Positions 37,396 through 52,444 of a stretch of 64,000 nucleotides of DNA are shown piece by piece. Position 1 is the first letter of the stretch, and each line of letters opens with the position of its first letter. The notes under the pieces were generated by a model. The model was given only the letters and a program-made list of their open reading frames with translations, was not told where the DNA came from and ran no database searches. Location of the stretch: the NCBI GenBank assembly GCA_051294375.1, contig CM119263.1:26328758-26392757 (forward strand), given 5' to 3'. The stretch comes from Paraspadella gotoi (Eukaryota; Animalia; Chaetognatha). The position numbers and the translations under genes are program-made.

Positions 37396-40300
37396 TCTCT
37401 CTCTCCTGCTTCATCTCTCTCTTCTCTCTCTCTCTCTCTCCTCTCATCCGAGGGACCGCTTTATCCATCGCGTGAGCGGGGTTGTGATTTAGTGAGAGGC
37501 GTCGGCGCCGCCAAGGAATCAAAGGAGTGAGATGATGGTGGCGGAATGGGTGGTGGTGGAAGGGTGGAAGAGGATGTGAGTGGGGTCTGCAGAAGTGGTG
37601 GAGGTCAGGTATATTGGAAGGAAAGATTCATGTGAATTTACGTGCTCGTATGAAATTGGTAATCTCAATATAAAAATTGTCCATTCATTCAATATGTGTT
37701 AAGGCATTGAAGAATAGTTCTATCTGAAAGATTTTGTGATCGCGCGTCTGGTCATTTTTCCTTGGTCATTTAGTCGACTTTTTTAGACCAGTCTTTTCAC
37801 CGTTTTTGTTGCTTTCTCGTAGATTTCTTTCGGCCGAAAACCTTGTCACTTGTTACTCGATCATAATCGTTTCACAAGAAAATATCCAAGGATTTTCTAT
37901 ACCAATATATTGTATTAACATTTATTAACCTCTATAATAAATCCTTCCTCCATGTTAATGCCAGTTCATCCTACGGCCGATGAATCGACCGCGCCACCCT
38001 AGAAGCATAGAAAATAATAAACATTTTCTACACTATCTTCTTGCCGCGAAAACTAACGTTTGAGCGTCTCCCGTCCAAAAAATGAGTGAAGACAAGAAAT
38101 CCAAAACGAAGTTTCGGACGGACGATCAAATGTATATGATTTGGTCATAAAAACGAAAGAAAAATAGTCGATTCAACCAAAGCGAAATTGACCGTTGAAA
38201 TGTTCTTATTGGGTCACAAGATATTAAAGGAGAAATAGAGGCAAAATATTCCTCAGGCATGAAGGGAGATTTGGAATAAAGGGTGAAATTGCTTGATGAA
38301 GCAGTTTGTCGGTGGTCGTGCAGGCCAATGTGATTGATATTTGCTTTTGCTGTTGGATGTTATTATTGGTTAATGGTGCTGCTGGCTGATGGTAGCGTTT
38401 GTCGGCAGAAGCGGCAATAATCTGATTGAATCGCTGCAAATGAAAGGACCTGAAATTAATCGCTGTGGACGCGGAGTTGGAAAGCTGATGATTAGGAGGA
38501 CGTAGACCTTGATTTTTGCCTTGTCGTTGTTGTTGTATTCTATGAACATTGTCGTCTATAAGGTTTTAACGGACTTGCGCAACCGGGTAAGTCAACGGTA
38601 AGTTGACTGTCCACAACAAAAAAAAGATAAAAACAAACAAAACGCCAACTATGATAATAACATAAAAAAACATAAAATTAGTCATGAGTTAAATAATTTT
38701 GGTAACATCCTCAAAAGTCTGGGACAACTTGAAACTTATGCCCTTTATAAAACGTGGTTTAGCGTACATAGATAAATTTTTAATCGGAGTTAAAATCCAT
38801 TTTCAATTTTTTTTATGACTGTCCAGAAAAAAAAAGTTTGGCATCTAAATATCGACTTGATTCTGATTCGCGCCAAAATCTGAAAACGAAAAATTAAAAA
38901 AAAATTTTAAAAATCGATCGAAATCGAGAACAAAAGGGAAAGAGTTTCGCCCCGAACGAAGAAACCGTCCGTCTGCCTATATTTAATGCAATGGGTTGTA
39001 TAGTTAAAAACTCAAAATGATTAATCGTTTTATTTGGGCGAAATTTACAGCCGATTTATTCCTCATTTGTCAAGATTCACGATTCATATCGTAATAAATT
39101 CCTCCTTTACGTTTTTCCCCGAAATAGTATTTTGAAAAGGGAAAATGAAAATATTTCCAATTTCTTTCTCTTTTTCTTTCTATCTTTCTTTCTTTCTTTC
39201 TTTCTTTCNNNNNNNNNNNNNNNNNNNNNNNNNNNNNNNNNNNNNNNNNNNNNNNNNNNNNNNNNNNNNNNNNNNNNNNNNNNNNNNNNNNNNNNNNNNN
39301 NNNNNNNNNNNNNNNNNNNNNNNNNNNNNNNNNNNNNNNNNNNNNNNNNNNNNNNNNNNNNNNNNNNNNNNNNNNNNNNNNNNNNNNNNNNNNNNNNNNN
39401 NNNNNNNNNNNNNNNNNNNNNNNNNNNNNNNNNNNNNNNNNNNNNNNNNNNNNNNNNNNNNNNNNNNNNNNNNNNNNNNNNNNNNNNNNNNNNNNNNNNN
39501 NNNNNNNNNNNNNNNNNNNNNNNNNNNNNNNNNNNNNNNNNNNNNNNNNNNNNNNNNNNNNNNNNNNNNNNNNNNNNNNNNNNNNNNNNNNNNNNNNNNN
39601 NNNNNNNNNNNNNNNNNNNNNNNNNNNNNNNNNNNNNNNNNNNNNNNNNNNNNNNNNNNNNNNNNNNNNNNNNNNNNNNNNNNNNNNNNNNNNNNNNNNN
39701 NNNNNNNNNNNNNNNNNNNNNNNNNNNNNNNNNNNNNNNNNNNNNNNNNNNNNNNNNNNNNNNNNNNNNNNNNNNNNNNNNNNNNNNNNNNNNNNNNNNN
39801 NNNNNNNNNNNNNNNNNNNNNNNNNNNNNNNNNNNNNNNNNNNNNNNNNNNNNNNNNNNNNNNNNNNNNNNNNNTAAAAAAAAGAAAAATTCGGCTCAAA
39901 TTTCAAATTTTTCCGCGAAAAATCATCCGCGAGAAAAAAAAAATTATAAACAGATTGTTTTTTCCCCTCGACTCTTTCACTTTTTATTTTTATTTTTTTC
40001 TCTTTCATTTTCAATTAGTTCATTTTTTGGGGGCCTTTTTTTTAGGGTTAAAAGGAGCCTTTATTCACGCAGGGCCAGGAATAAGATGTTGGGTGGAGCG
40101 AGGCCTTTGGGGCTGAGGACCCTCGACGAAGTGTTTGAGACTTCNNNNNNNNNNNNNNNNNNNNNNNNNNNNNNNNNNNNNNNNNNNNNNNNNNNNNNNN
40201 NNNNNNNNNNNNNNNNNNNNNNNNNNNNNNNNNNNNNNNNNNNNNNNNNNNNNNNNNNNNNNNNNNNNNNNNNNNNNNNNNNNNNNNNNNNNNNNNNNNN

Positions 40301-43300
40301 NNNNNNNNNNNNNNNNNNNNNNNNNNNNNNNNNNNNGACGACAGATTCTCTGACATTCGATTGGAACGACATCTAATGTTATTCATCATCGTCGTCGCGT
40401 GTGTATACAAGAAATTTATTTTAAAAAAGTTTGAAAAAAAATTGAATCTTCCAAGTTAAGAATTTTTTAAGAGGTGCGACCGAATGAGAAAGAGAGAAAA
40501 AACTTCTTTGGCGTGAAGCGTTAGAGACTTGGCGATTCATCCATTTAAAGACAAATGGAGAGAGAGNNNNNNNNNNNNNNNNNNNNNNNNNNNNNNNNNN
40601 NNNNNNNNNNNNNNNNNNNNNNNNNNNNNNNNNNNNNNNNNNNNNNNNNNNNNNNNNNNNNNNNNNNNNNNNNNNNNNNNNNNNNNNNNNNNNNNNNNNN
40701 NNNNNNNNNNNNNNNNNNNNNNNNNNNNNNNNNNNNNNNNNNNNNNNNNNNNNNNNNNNNNNNNNNNNNNNNNNNNNNNNNNNNNNNNNNNNNNNNNNNN
40801 AAAAAAAAAGAAAAAAAAAGAAAAACCGCCAAAAATTGCCCAAGAGACTTAAGAGGCAAAATCTTTTTTACCCGTGGTGTTTTTTTGAAAATGGTCTCAT
40901 TTAAGGTATCAAGTTTANNNNNNNNNNNNNNNNNNNNNNNNNNNNNNNNNNNNNNNNNNNNNNNNNNNNNNNNNNNNNNNNNNNNNNNNNNNNNNNNNNN
41001 NNNNNNNNNNNNNNNNNNNNNNNNNNNNNNNNNNNNNNNNNNNNNNNNNNNNNNNNNNNNNNNNNNNNNNNNNNNNNNNNNNNTTATTAGTTGGTTGTAC
41101 TGAAAGTTCTGAGCCTAGTACCTTGCTGGTTTTGGACCTAAATGCATAGAAATCTTTATCAAATTTAAAAAGAATCTCTATACCAGAATCAATCTCTTTT
41201 AACCAAACTATCAAATAATAAAAGAAGAATGACATCACCAAATGATGGCGCCAAAATGCAAAATCTTCAAAACGTTTGTTTAGAAAATCTNNNNNNNNNN
41301 NNNNNNNNNNNNNNNNNNNNNNNNNNNNNNNNNNNNNNNNNNNNNNNNNNNNNNNNNNNNNNNNNNNNNNNNNNNNNNNNNNNNNNNNNNNNNNNNNNNN
41401 NNNNNNNNNNNNNNNNNNNNNNNNNNNNNNNNNNNNNNNNNNNNNNNNNNNNNNNNNNNNNNNNNNNNNACTTACGAAACCCACTTTTTATGTCTTGTTG
41501 TTGTCTTCTTCTTCGCCTCCCTACCTTTAACAAACCTGAGCCGCCACCACCGAGCCTAACTTACTCTTTTGCTTAAAGCCTCACTTTTTTTAAATCCGAC
41601 ATTCTACCCGGATTTTACGAAATCTCGACCTAGAAAACGAGATGGGANNNNNNNNNNNNNNNNNNNNNNNNNNNNNNNNNNNNNNNNNNNNNNNNNNNNN
41701 NNNNNNNNNNNNNNNNNNNNNNNNNNNNNNNNNNNNNNNNNNNNNNNNNNNNNNNNNNNNNNNNNNNNNNNNNNNNNNNNNNNNNNNNNNNNNNNNNNNN
41801 NNNNNNNNNNNNNNNNNNNNNNNNNNNNNNNNNNNNNNNNNNNNNNNNNNNNNNNNNNNNNNNNNNNNNNNNNNNNNNNNNNNNNNNNNNNNNNNNNNNN
41901 NNNNNNNNNNNNNNNNNNNNNNNNNNNNNNNAAAAAAAAACAGAGTCGATCTCGAATCCAACTGACGGAAGGGAAAAGAATAAACACAGAAAAATACTGG
42001 AAAAAATAAAGAAAAAATTATCGTGAAAAAAAAAGAGAATACCAACTACAAGAAAATGAAATATGGACTTTGGAAATTTAGAATTTTTTTTTAAAAGGAG
42101 AATTTTCTTGGTTTTTTAAAAAAAAACCAGTTGACGCCTTTCGATTTCATTGAGACGCCGCATGTTTTTGACTAGGGACACGCCCCTTTTTGGTGCACCT
42201 GTCCACGTCCGCTAATTTTCTACTTCTGTTTTCCTACTTTCCTCCTACTTACTTTTCTCCATCCTCGTTTCTCCTTCATTTCCAAGTCACGATGTCCCCC
42301 ATCAACTGGGTCCTTCTCTCTTCTCCCTCTTTCCCTCTCGTCCTCTCTCCCTCTTCCTAATCCATCTGTCNNNNNNNNNNCCACATTTCGCAGTGTAACT
42401 TTCTTAAATCCCCACTCGCCCTTGAATCTCCGCCCTTCTTCCCTTTTCTCACCCTGTTTCCTCTCAATCCTCCTCCTTTAAATTCCCACCTTTTCAAATC
42501 TGCAGCTGATTACTTCCCCCTGCGCGTCCCGAGCGCTGTTTTTTTTTCCGACTGAGAGCGACCTCTTCTTTATCAGTTTTTTTTCTTCTCAGTGCTCCCA
42601 CCATTTGGTCACCATCAAACTCTAAATTGTAAATTATAGTATAATCACTTTCATGCCTTTAACACTCGGTCCACTCCCGGTCACACTTTGCTATCGTGTT
42701 GCCATCAGTGCGCCACAAAATAAATGTCTGGCACACTGACTGTCGGTCTTTCGGTCGGTCAGTCGGTCGATATGATTAAAGTTTTCTAGATTAACTCGTG
42801 ACCCGATTTTGGTCAACAACAAACAACCAAAACGAAACTAAAACAAAACAAAACCAAAAAAAAGGAGAAAAAAGAAAAAAGAAAAAAAATTTAAAAAAAT
42901 ACGAAAAGTACAAAGAAAAAAGTAAATAAAATAAAACGGTGATGAAAAAAAAACAACCGAAACCAAAAGAAAGAAAATAAAATGAAAAAATGAAAGAATG
43001 AATACCAAAAATAAAATTAAAGAAAGAATTCAAAAATACAAAGAAGGAAACCAAAATAAAAAGTAAGAAAAACAGAATAGGAAACCAAAAAAAGAATTCA
43101 AACGAAAGAAAAAAATATATCAATAAATATAAATAAACAAAAAAAACAACAAAAAAACAAAAGAAGTTGACTTCTCTGCGGCTCTAGGACTCGCGTCACC
43201 GAAGACCCAAAGACTGGAAAAGCGAGGATCGAGATCGAGGCTCGAGTTCCAACTCTGAGACTGAGACTCCGATGCCTTTTGTTCCAAAACANNNNNNNNN

Positions 43301-43984
43301 NNNNNNNNNNNNNNNNGAGGAAAGAGTGGAGATGAGGAGGGAGGGGAGGAGGATGACTGGGGCGGAGGAGGAGGGAGAGCGAGAAGAGAGTTAGAGGGGA
43401 GGAGAGGAAGGAGGAGAGGAGGAAGAGTGGGAAGATGTGGGAAGGAGAGAGGAGGAGATGAGAGGTTAGAGGTGGGAGAGAGAGAGGAGAAGGAGAGAGG
43501 AGGAGAGAGATGTGAGAGTGAGGAGGAGGAGAGAGAGGATGAAGAGATGGCAGATGAGAGGGGAGAGGAGAAGAGAGAGGGAGCGGGGATGATGACCGCG
43601 GGAGGGCGAGAGAGGAGGAGAGAGAATTAGATGAGAGAAAAGGAGGGAAGGAAAAAGAAAGAGATAGAGAAAGAGAGAGAGAGAGATGAGAGAGGGACAT
43701 GAGAGAGTAGAGAAGAGAAGGAGAGAGCAAGAGAGGAGAGAGGAGAAGAAGAAGAGACGTGTGTAGTGGAGGGAGATAGGAGGGATAGAGAGACGAGGGA
43801 GAGTAGGAGAGAGAGAGAGACGGAGGAGGATGAGGAGAGAGAGAGAGAGGAGAGTAGAGATTGAAGAGTGGACGAAGAGGGAGAGAGAGAGAGGAGAAGA
43901 AGAAAAGGATAGAGGATGGAGGAGAGAAGAGAGAGAGAGAGAGAGAGAGACGAGAGAGAGAGAGAGAGGGAGGAGAGAGGAGGA

Positions 43985-44020
<36 letters not shown>

Positions 44021-44704
44021 AGAAAAGAGGAAAGGAAGAAAGAGGGGAGAAGAGAATGGAAAGAAAGAGATATAGTGAAGAGAAGAGAGAAGGAAGAGAA
44101 GAAGAAAAAAAAGAGAAAGAGAAGAGAAGAGAGGGAAGAGTGAGAAGAGAGAGAGAGAAAGGAAAAGAGAGATAGAAGAGCCACCTATCGACCCGCATGT
44201 TCGCAGTTTTCAATCCCTCGCTTTCGTGGCGACGACCAGTTTTTTTTTCTTTTTTATCCCTCCACTGATTCACCTCCTTCACCCCTAAACCTCTTTATTT
44301 ATCTCCCTCCGACTCTCGCCGCCCCCAGCCCCCCTCGCCCACTTCGATCATCAACGTCGTTTGTTTGCGAAGAGAATCAGAGGAGAATCGGAAATTAATC
44401 GGGAAATTATCGGGGAGAGGGGAAATGGAGAGGGAAATGAACGAAAATGAAGGGAAAAAATGAATGAATTGAATGAATGAATGAGTGAATGAATGAATGA
44501 ATGAATGAATGTATGAATGAATAAATAAATGAAATATTATTTAATGAATGAATGGGTGGATAAATTAAAAATGGAATAAATTTATGAATGAATGAATGAA
44601 TGAAATGAATGAAATATTTTAATTAATGAATTGATGGATGAATTAAGAATGGAATAAATGTATGAATAAATTAATGAATGAACTGAATGAATGAATGAAT
44701 GAAT

Positions 44705-44769
<65 letters not shown>

Positions 44770-45721
44770 CGGTAATGAAGGCCAGAAAAAGAGTTTTCGA
44801 AGTGAAACCGTATCAAGTTTCCGAGATGAAGGAATGACAATCAAGAGGAAAAAACGATACGAATAAACAAATTTAAGAGATGAAAACAATTCAGAGGAAC
44901 AGTGAAGACTTAAAAACAAAATGACACACGATGAAAAAAATGACTGATTGAATATGAGCGAAAGGACATTGAGAAATAGAAAAGAGTTTCACTTAAATAT
45001 ACAATAATAACATTTAAAAAATCAAGATCCAGGCCAAGGATTCAAATATCAACAAAAGACGAAACAAAAAAACAAAAAAACTAACGAGATCTGCGATGAA
45101 TCTCCTTTATAATGTTTGATCAACGATCAAATACGCGGATGAAAGAAAAAAACGGTTATTTGCCCGAAAAAAAGAAACAAGTTTTCGCCGAAAAAAAAGA
45201 AAAGGTGAAGAAGTTCTACGTATGTTTTTTTTTGTTTTTTTTTTCTTTTTTTTTAAATCGCATTTAAGCGCGAATTTCGCTCCTTTTCGTTTGCGTTTGT
45301 CTTTTTGAAAAAAAAAGAGCATCGCTTCTCATCTCAGCAGCTGAAAACTTCTTTAACTTTCTTTTTAAACAAATTAACTTTTCTTCTCTGACAAGTGTGG
45401 TTATTTTTTGAAGGTAAACGTCGCTTTTCTTGTGGACAAAAACCGCATTAATGAAAATTTTTTTTAACTAAATCGATTTTCTTTTAAAACAGAATCGCTC
45501 TTCCCTTTGTTCAATCGCTTTCATTCAAATCATCAAACGATGCCCCCAATCTTTCGCGCAGATAAACGAACCAAAATCTTTGACGATTCTGCAAAAGTGC
45601 CGATAACAACGATGACTACATCAACGACAACAAATAGAATTCGGATCCTCAAATCTTCTAATTTGTTGTCCTCTTTTCCTTCAACCGTCACATTTGACGA
45701 TAAAGACTTAATTACGTCTCC

Positions 45722-45842
<121 letters not shown>

Positions 45843-46990
45843 TCCTGTTTCTTCAAGTCGTAGAATCTTACGCGAATCATAGAAGGGAGTCCGATTTTTA
45901 TTTTGCATCTTTTCGGGCAAAAATTAAAAAAAGTTTAAAAAATAAAAAGAGAAAAATCTACTAAGAATAATAATTTATCGAAACAACGAATATCGAATAC
46001 TTACGCCCCTCTTAAGATATTTGAGTCCAAGGAAAAAAAATAATAAAAAGACAAAAAATTATTTACTTCATTGAATCCATATTTCATTTGACTAATGATT
46101 AATTAATAATAATCAATAACGTAGTGACTCTTTTAATTTGGTTCAGGTAACTTTTCTTCTCTTGAGCTTCTTGCATATTTCTATTTGTATTTTTTTTTAA
46201 ATTTTAAATAAAAATTTCGATCTTAAGTTTAAGAAAAAAAAAGAGTTGATTTGGGAAAATTCACATTTTTCCTTGAGGGTTATTTCGTCTTCGTTGTTAT
46301 CGTTATTGTTGCTTCGGATATTCAAGAAAAAAGTTGGGGCCACTCCTTGGATGTTTTCTGCCTCGCTCCGCCAATACCACGAACCGCCACGCCAACATTG
46401 AAGCTCTCTCTCCGCCACGAAGTCTCTCCACTTAACTAAATAAAAATTCGAAGCTGATTTTCGTCACAAACCCGCGCTACGCCACGAAACGTTTTTCCAC
46501 GCCACGACAAAATTTAGTCACGAGAAAAAATAAAAGCAAAGATGCCCAGATGAATGGTTGATGGTGTCCTATTTTTCTTTGTCTTATTGTTTTAATTTTT
46601 TTTTATTTCTTTTTCATATTTATATTTTTTATTTTATTTTTTTTCTAAAAATCTTTAAAAATTTTGCTTAAGAAACGATGATCTAAAAGAAAAGATTTTT
46701 ATTTAATTTTGAATTCGATTTTTTTTCGCGTCGAAATCGATGAGCGCCTATTTGGATAAAAGAAGCGCTTCGTTTCGGAAACAAAAAAATAAACAAAACA
46801 AAACAAAACAAAACACAACCGAATCAAAATTGAAGCAAAAACGTCTTCGATTCGAAGGCACGTCAAACCACATGTTATATTTATAAAATAAAACTTTGTA
46901 TTGTATTTTGACTTTCTTTTTGCTATTTAAAATAGTTTAGAGATGAAACGAAAAATTCGTTGTAATAGCAATTTTTTTTTTTTATTAATG

Positions 46991-47016
46991 TACATGTTTC
47001 GACGAGTCTTCATCAG
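46991..47016 (-). ncRNA. Hammerhead core with shortened stem II (copy D, minus strand)
   Basis: Minus strand CTGATGA-A-GAC tc GTC-GAAA-CATGTA; 12 bp shorter in stem/loop II than the plus-strand copy. Confidence 0.6.
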
Positions 47017-47026
47017 CAAAATTTTG

Positions 47027-47064
47027 CTGATGAAGACTCGTAATACTAAGAGTCGAAACATGTA
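47027..47064 (+). ncRNA. Minimal hammerhead ribozyme core (copy D, plus strand)
   Basis: CTGATGA 47027-47033, perfect stem II GACTC/GAGTC, GAAA 47055-47058, ACATGT palindrome, GTA triplet 47062-47064, then AATAAA. Confidence 0.8.
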
Positions 47065-48520
47065 CATTAATAAAAAAAAATTGCTATTACAACGAATTTT
47101 TCGTTTCATCTCTAAAATAAAACTGAAAAATCGAAAACGTATATAATAAAAGTTTGATTTAATATTGGATTAAGAAACAAAAAATTCTTTTTAACCATAA
47201 AAGTAATAAAGTTATAACTATTTTCTCGCTTCTTTTTCTTTTTCTCCTTCAAAAACTTCGTTTTCTCTTTCTCTCTCCTTTTTCTTCCCCAGAGAGATAA
47301 GCAGTCATTAACATTTCCATTATCTCAACCTCCTTTTATTTATTTTCCTTCCTCGCGGTCAAAATGTTTTGTTTACATTAGGCGCGCGATTAGATTTTTG
47401 TTTCCTCGTTTTGTTTACGTTTTCCGGTAGAGAAAATTTGCTTTTTTTTCGCCTCGAAAAAAAAAACGTGTTTTCCTAATTTAGGTTTTCGCGATTTTGT
47501 TTATTTAGGTTTCATTCGTTAGTTTGTTCGAAGCTTGAAACTTTTTATTTTTTGATTTTCTTTTTCCTTTTTTTTTATGATAGTAAACGGGTTTTTTTTC
47601 TAAAATTTTCTTCTATGTATATAAACTTATAGTATCCTTGTCATAATTTTTGACAGATTAGGTAGTTCTTAACAAAGTATTAATAATTGTTTGTTAGTAA
47701 ATTAATTCGCTTGCGCTATTCACTTAATCCTAGTCACCGTCGGTGATTAGAATTCTTTGTTTATTTTGACTGCGTCACGATTTAAATCTTCTTCCACGTG
47801 ACCCAGATTCCCTGCGAACGGGTCGGCCCGTGATCCATTCACGAATCTAAGCGTGAATCGATTAATCTTAAATTCACAACCTCGCCGTCCTAGAAACGTG
47901 AATCATCACCGGGGGATAATTTTGATTCCTTGAAATCAATTCATTTTGATCGAAACTGTGACTCACTCCGTGATTTAAAATATTTTTATTATATGTATCA
48001 AACACAATTTTAAATCAATTATCATATTTTTGCGAAAAGTGGCCACAACTAACGATAATTTTCTCGTCATCTTATTTTTCGTTTTTATTTTTATTAATTT
48101 CGTCCCCAAAATGAGTTTTTTGGGGGGAGCGTTTGTTTTGTTTATAAATAAAACCGATAAAAAAACGAAGCGAGTTTGATTTACGCCACACAAAAAGAAA
48201 ACAAACGCTTCTCCTTAAAACAGTTTGGTGACACACCGCTTATAAGACAAAACTAAAATATTAGTGATTGATTGATTGCTTTATTGCTTGATTGATTGGT
48301 CAATCTAGGTCAATCGGAAATAAAACTGGCGGTGAGTTAAAGAGTAAGGACTTTGTTAATGAATTGAAAGTAGGTAAGGAGTATATTTGGGATATCGGGG
48401 GTTGTTGAGGTGTTGCAACACCTGGGGTTTAATCTTGGATGTGTGAATGCGGGGATTGGGGGAAAATGAGGGGGGGTTTTCTCTCCTGGAGTCGAAGAGG
48501 CAAGGATTAATCCCCCGAAG

Positions 48521-48551
<31 letters not shown>

Positions 48552-48982
48552 GCGAACTAATCCGGTTTTGAGTTTTATCTCGGACTCTCGGACGGACCCG
48601 CCGGGACTCGGAACCTGATGAATAAAGAGTTAAGCGCATTAGGGGTTCGAACCCTGGACGAGTTCATCGCCTCCAGACCGACTCGTTTCCCTCCTCCCCC
48701 CCACATTCGGTTTCGCTTCGTCAGATAAGGAAAAAGACTTTTCCTTTCTTTTCGATATTTTTTTCCCTTTTATTCGGAATCAAGATCAGAAAGGCGCCGA
48801 CGGAAGACAACAACAACGACGACAAGCTTTGATTGCGAGATCTCGGTTTATATGCGTACACTGATGCGTACGGCGAGTTCTGGTTGATCGGTCACCCGTT
48901 TAAAATCCTTAGAAATATCGAACGGCTTCTATTTTCTTGGTCGCGTGACTCGGTTTAATGTACGTTAATTACTTACTTACTT

Positions 48983-49078
<96 letters not shown>

Positions 49079-50547
49079 TATTTCTTTCTTTCTTGCCCTT
49101 TTTATGACTTTCCATATTTTTTATTTTCGTTTCTTTTTTTTTATTCTATCCTTTTGTTTCTCCATTTTTTACCTTTTCTTATTTTCTTTATTTTTCATTC
49201 CAGCATATGTAATATGTATTCATTTATTTTCTTTCCTCTTTTTTTACGAAACCGAAGTCATTAAATAATAATTTATTATTGATTAAATACCAGGATAACA
49301 CGAGTTTTTAATTTCTTTGTTCGAACCAAACCGATTCTTCAAAGAAAAGGACTTCATTTCTCTTCTCCCTCCTCCGCCCCCTTTCCTTTCTCATTCCTCT
49401 TCCTCTTTCTCTCCCTTTCCTCCATCTCCCTTTTCTTTCCTCCATTTTCCTTTCCTCTCTTCTTCTTAATGACGAACATAAACGTCTTACGTCGTTCGAT
49501 TTTCGAATCCTTTTGACCTCAAACACAAGCGAACGCTTCCGCCACTTTGAGTTTCTCCATCAATTTTGCATCACTTCGAACATCTCTACCACTTCTACTT
49601 CACTTCGAACTTTTGCATCTCCTCGTGATTTGTCTTATTTTTTTACATCCAGATTCTTCATCACTTCGAGATTCTCCATCACTTCTTCATCACTTCTAGA
49701 TCACCATCAGATTTAAATCACTTCTCAATGATCACCACTTCTTTAAAACCACTGGTTCCTGACCAAAGCCTCCCGCTGCATCCACCATGATGGTCCTATC
49801 ATCTTTGACCCTGCAAGCACAAGTTCGCAACTGCCTATTGTAAATCAATTGTAACGAGATCGAAGCAAGTCTCTCAACCACCCGCTCTCCCTTCATTCCC
49901 AACTTCTTTTCCGATGTGGCAGCTGCCGGATACGCCCACCCTTCCGCCGTCTTGCCGCCCCTGCCGTCCCTGCCGCTCCTGCCGCTCCTGCCACTGCCCC
50001 ACCTCACCTACCGAGATCCATTTACTTAAAACTTTAGTTTTTCTCTACCAGCGACATTTTTCTTTTTTTATTATTTGGTTTTTAATTGACATTTCTATTA
50101 TTTTTTATAGATTTTTCTTCACTGAGGAAAATAAAGGAATAAAGTTGGCTCAAGGCTGGTCTTTGATTGATTTCTTGATTGATTTATATTGTCTTTGGTC
50201 AATAGATTCATTGATTTATTCCTTTATTGTTTTATTGACTTATTCCTTTTATTATTTTTTTGATTCAACCATTTATCCTTTCAGTTCAATCAATTTAAGT
50301 CCAAATGATTCTTGACATATTATTACAACTTTTGTTCCCGGAGTTCTTGAATCGTTCCCAGACTCCGAACCCATCCATCAATTTCCTTCAGCATCGTTTT
50401 TCCTCCCAATTAATTCCGACGCGTTTTTTTCCTCATTCGTGAGACGCTTCCTCCACTTTAATAGAAAACGAACATTAATAAAAATAAAAACAATAAACTC
50501 GTGACAAATGAAGAGGAATGAAGTAGAAGGGGAAAATGAAGAGCGGA

Positions 50548-50642
<95 letters not shown>

Positions 50643-52037
50643 CGCGAAAGTTAATGAAGAAAACAATTAAGATATTTCAAGGCGAACGGAACCGGATAAG
50701 GAAGGGAGAAAGAGAGAGAGAGAGAGAGCGAAAGTAAAGGAGGAAAAGGAAAAAAGAGAAAATGGATATAGAAAAAAAAAAAGTCGAGAAGAAACGGAGA
50801 TCCGCAATTTTAATTGATCATCCACTCTCTCTCTCTCGATTCTTTCCTTTAGTTTCTAATTTCAATTGTTTTTTTTCTTTTTAGAAACTAATGATCTCTC
50901 TCCCTGTCTCTCTCTCACTCTCTCTCTTTCTGTAGTATTTTTGTACACGTACAGTTCGTCGACAGGCGTTACTCTTTATATCCAAGCTTTTTTTTTTCTT
51001 TCCTAACTGTTGATCTGTTATTAGTTGCGCCGCGAGTATTCGCGGAGCTACTCTATGAGCCTGTCGGTCGGTCGGTCGGCGGTCCGTCGGTCGTTCGACA
51101 TGTCTGGCCGTCGGTCTGTCTTATGACATAAGTTATGTTTATGTTTAAAATGCTTATAACTTGCTTGGTTGATCTTTTGTCATTTTTGCTGCGAAGCTTG
51201 AATCTTGTTTTTTTTTTTTAAGAAATCGTATATAGAATAAAAGACGGAATTTCAATGCAGCGCTTGTTAAATGCTAATTGGGAGTTATATATGCGTTTTA
51301 TTTCGAATTCAATAAGGTTGATTCAGTACATACAGGAGCATCAAAAAAAAGCTAAGTCTAAAGACAAAACAAAGTTAACGATTGCGTGAAAACCATCACC
51401 ACAGACAAAAAAGGTCCAAATTGGCACGTTATGCCTTCACCCTTCATCAGACAGGCACTACGGCGCGACACATTTGAATCATCATTATTTTTTTTCTTAA
51501 CGGTGAAGCTTTCAAGTTTAGATAGCATATGTATAACTCCTTAGTCTTTAAATGTATCTTTTTATCTTTCTCCGTTCAAATCCTCACCTCACCGCCCCCC
51601 TCGCTCTCCCGCCCTCTTTCCGAAAAACGTCAGGATTAAAGGCAATAAAACGCTCCGTTTAAACTAAGCACCGACGTAATGCGATTCGCGACTAAATATT
51701 TGCTACGTCGTTCGGTTCAATTAAAACTCCGGCCCCAAAACATTCCCGCCTCCAGCTCAGTTTCTCTTTGCGCGGGAAAATTCAAACGCTACATTTGGTT
51801 TTTCTCTGTTAACGACTTTGATTCCGTTGCGAGAATCAATTTGTGGTTTTCTGCGGCTCCGTTGTCGTTTCCGGGATGACTGTTCTTTTTTCCTACTACC
51901 ATTTATTTTATTTTCTTTTCTTTTCTTTTCTTTTGTATTATCTTCATTTCTGTCTTTTTCTATTTCTTCTTTCTTTTTGTCCTTTCTCTCTTTCTTTTTT
52001 TTGATTTCTTATTCTCCTACTTTCTTTCTCTTTTCTC

Positions 52038-52096
<59 letters not shown>

Positions 52097-52394
52097 CTCT
52101 TTCTTTCTTTCTCTCTTTCTTTCTTTCTTTTTTTCTTTCTTTCTTTCTTTCTTTCTTTCTTTATCCATATTTTTTCCCTCTTTCTATCTCTCTATCCTTA
52201 TTCTCTTTTTTTCAATTTCAACTAACAATGCGTTCCCCTTCTCAAAGTGGCCGCCTCCTTCAGTCGAATTGGAGGCCCTTGTTCGAGAAAAGCGACGCCT
52301 GGCGAAAAAAAAAACGGGTAATTCGCGCAAAATCGAACAAAAGAACATTGAGAGTCCGAGTTGAATTCGTGCCAAATTGTCGAGAGAAAAGAGA

Positions 52395-52444
<50 letters not shown>

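Larger units (their letters stand above)
46896..47112. mobile_element. Hammerhead-bearing Penelope-like/retrozyme-type palindromic insertion, copy D (two back-to-back hammerhead cores)
   Basis: Loop-less palindrome centred between 47021 and 47022 (CAAAA|TTTTG), arms to ~46940 and 47112, 12-bp direct repeat TAAAATAAAACT at 46884-46895 and 47113-47124, left tail with TTTCTTTTTGCTATTT. Confidence 0.85.

Noticed and set aside
38224-38560. Gln-rich minus-strand coding-like segment
   Set aside because: Short, frame ambiguous, no splice-consistent partner and no recognisable homology.
43318-44175. 394-aa Ser/Leu/Pro-rich ORF on the minus strand
   Set aside because: Irregular GA-rich tract typical of a miscalled microsatellite in an unpolished read.
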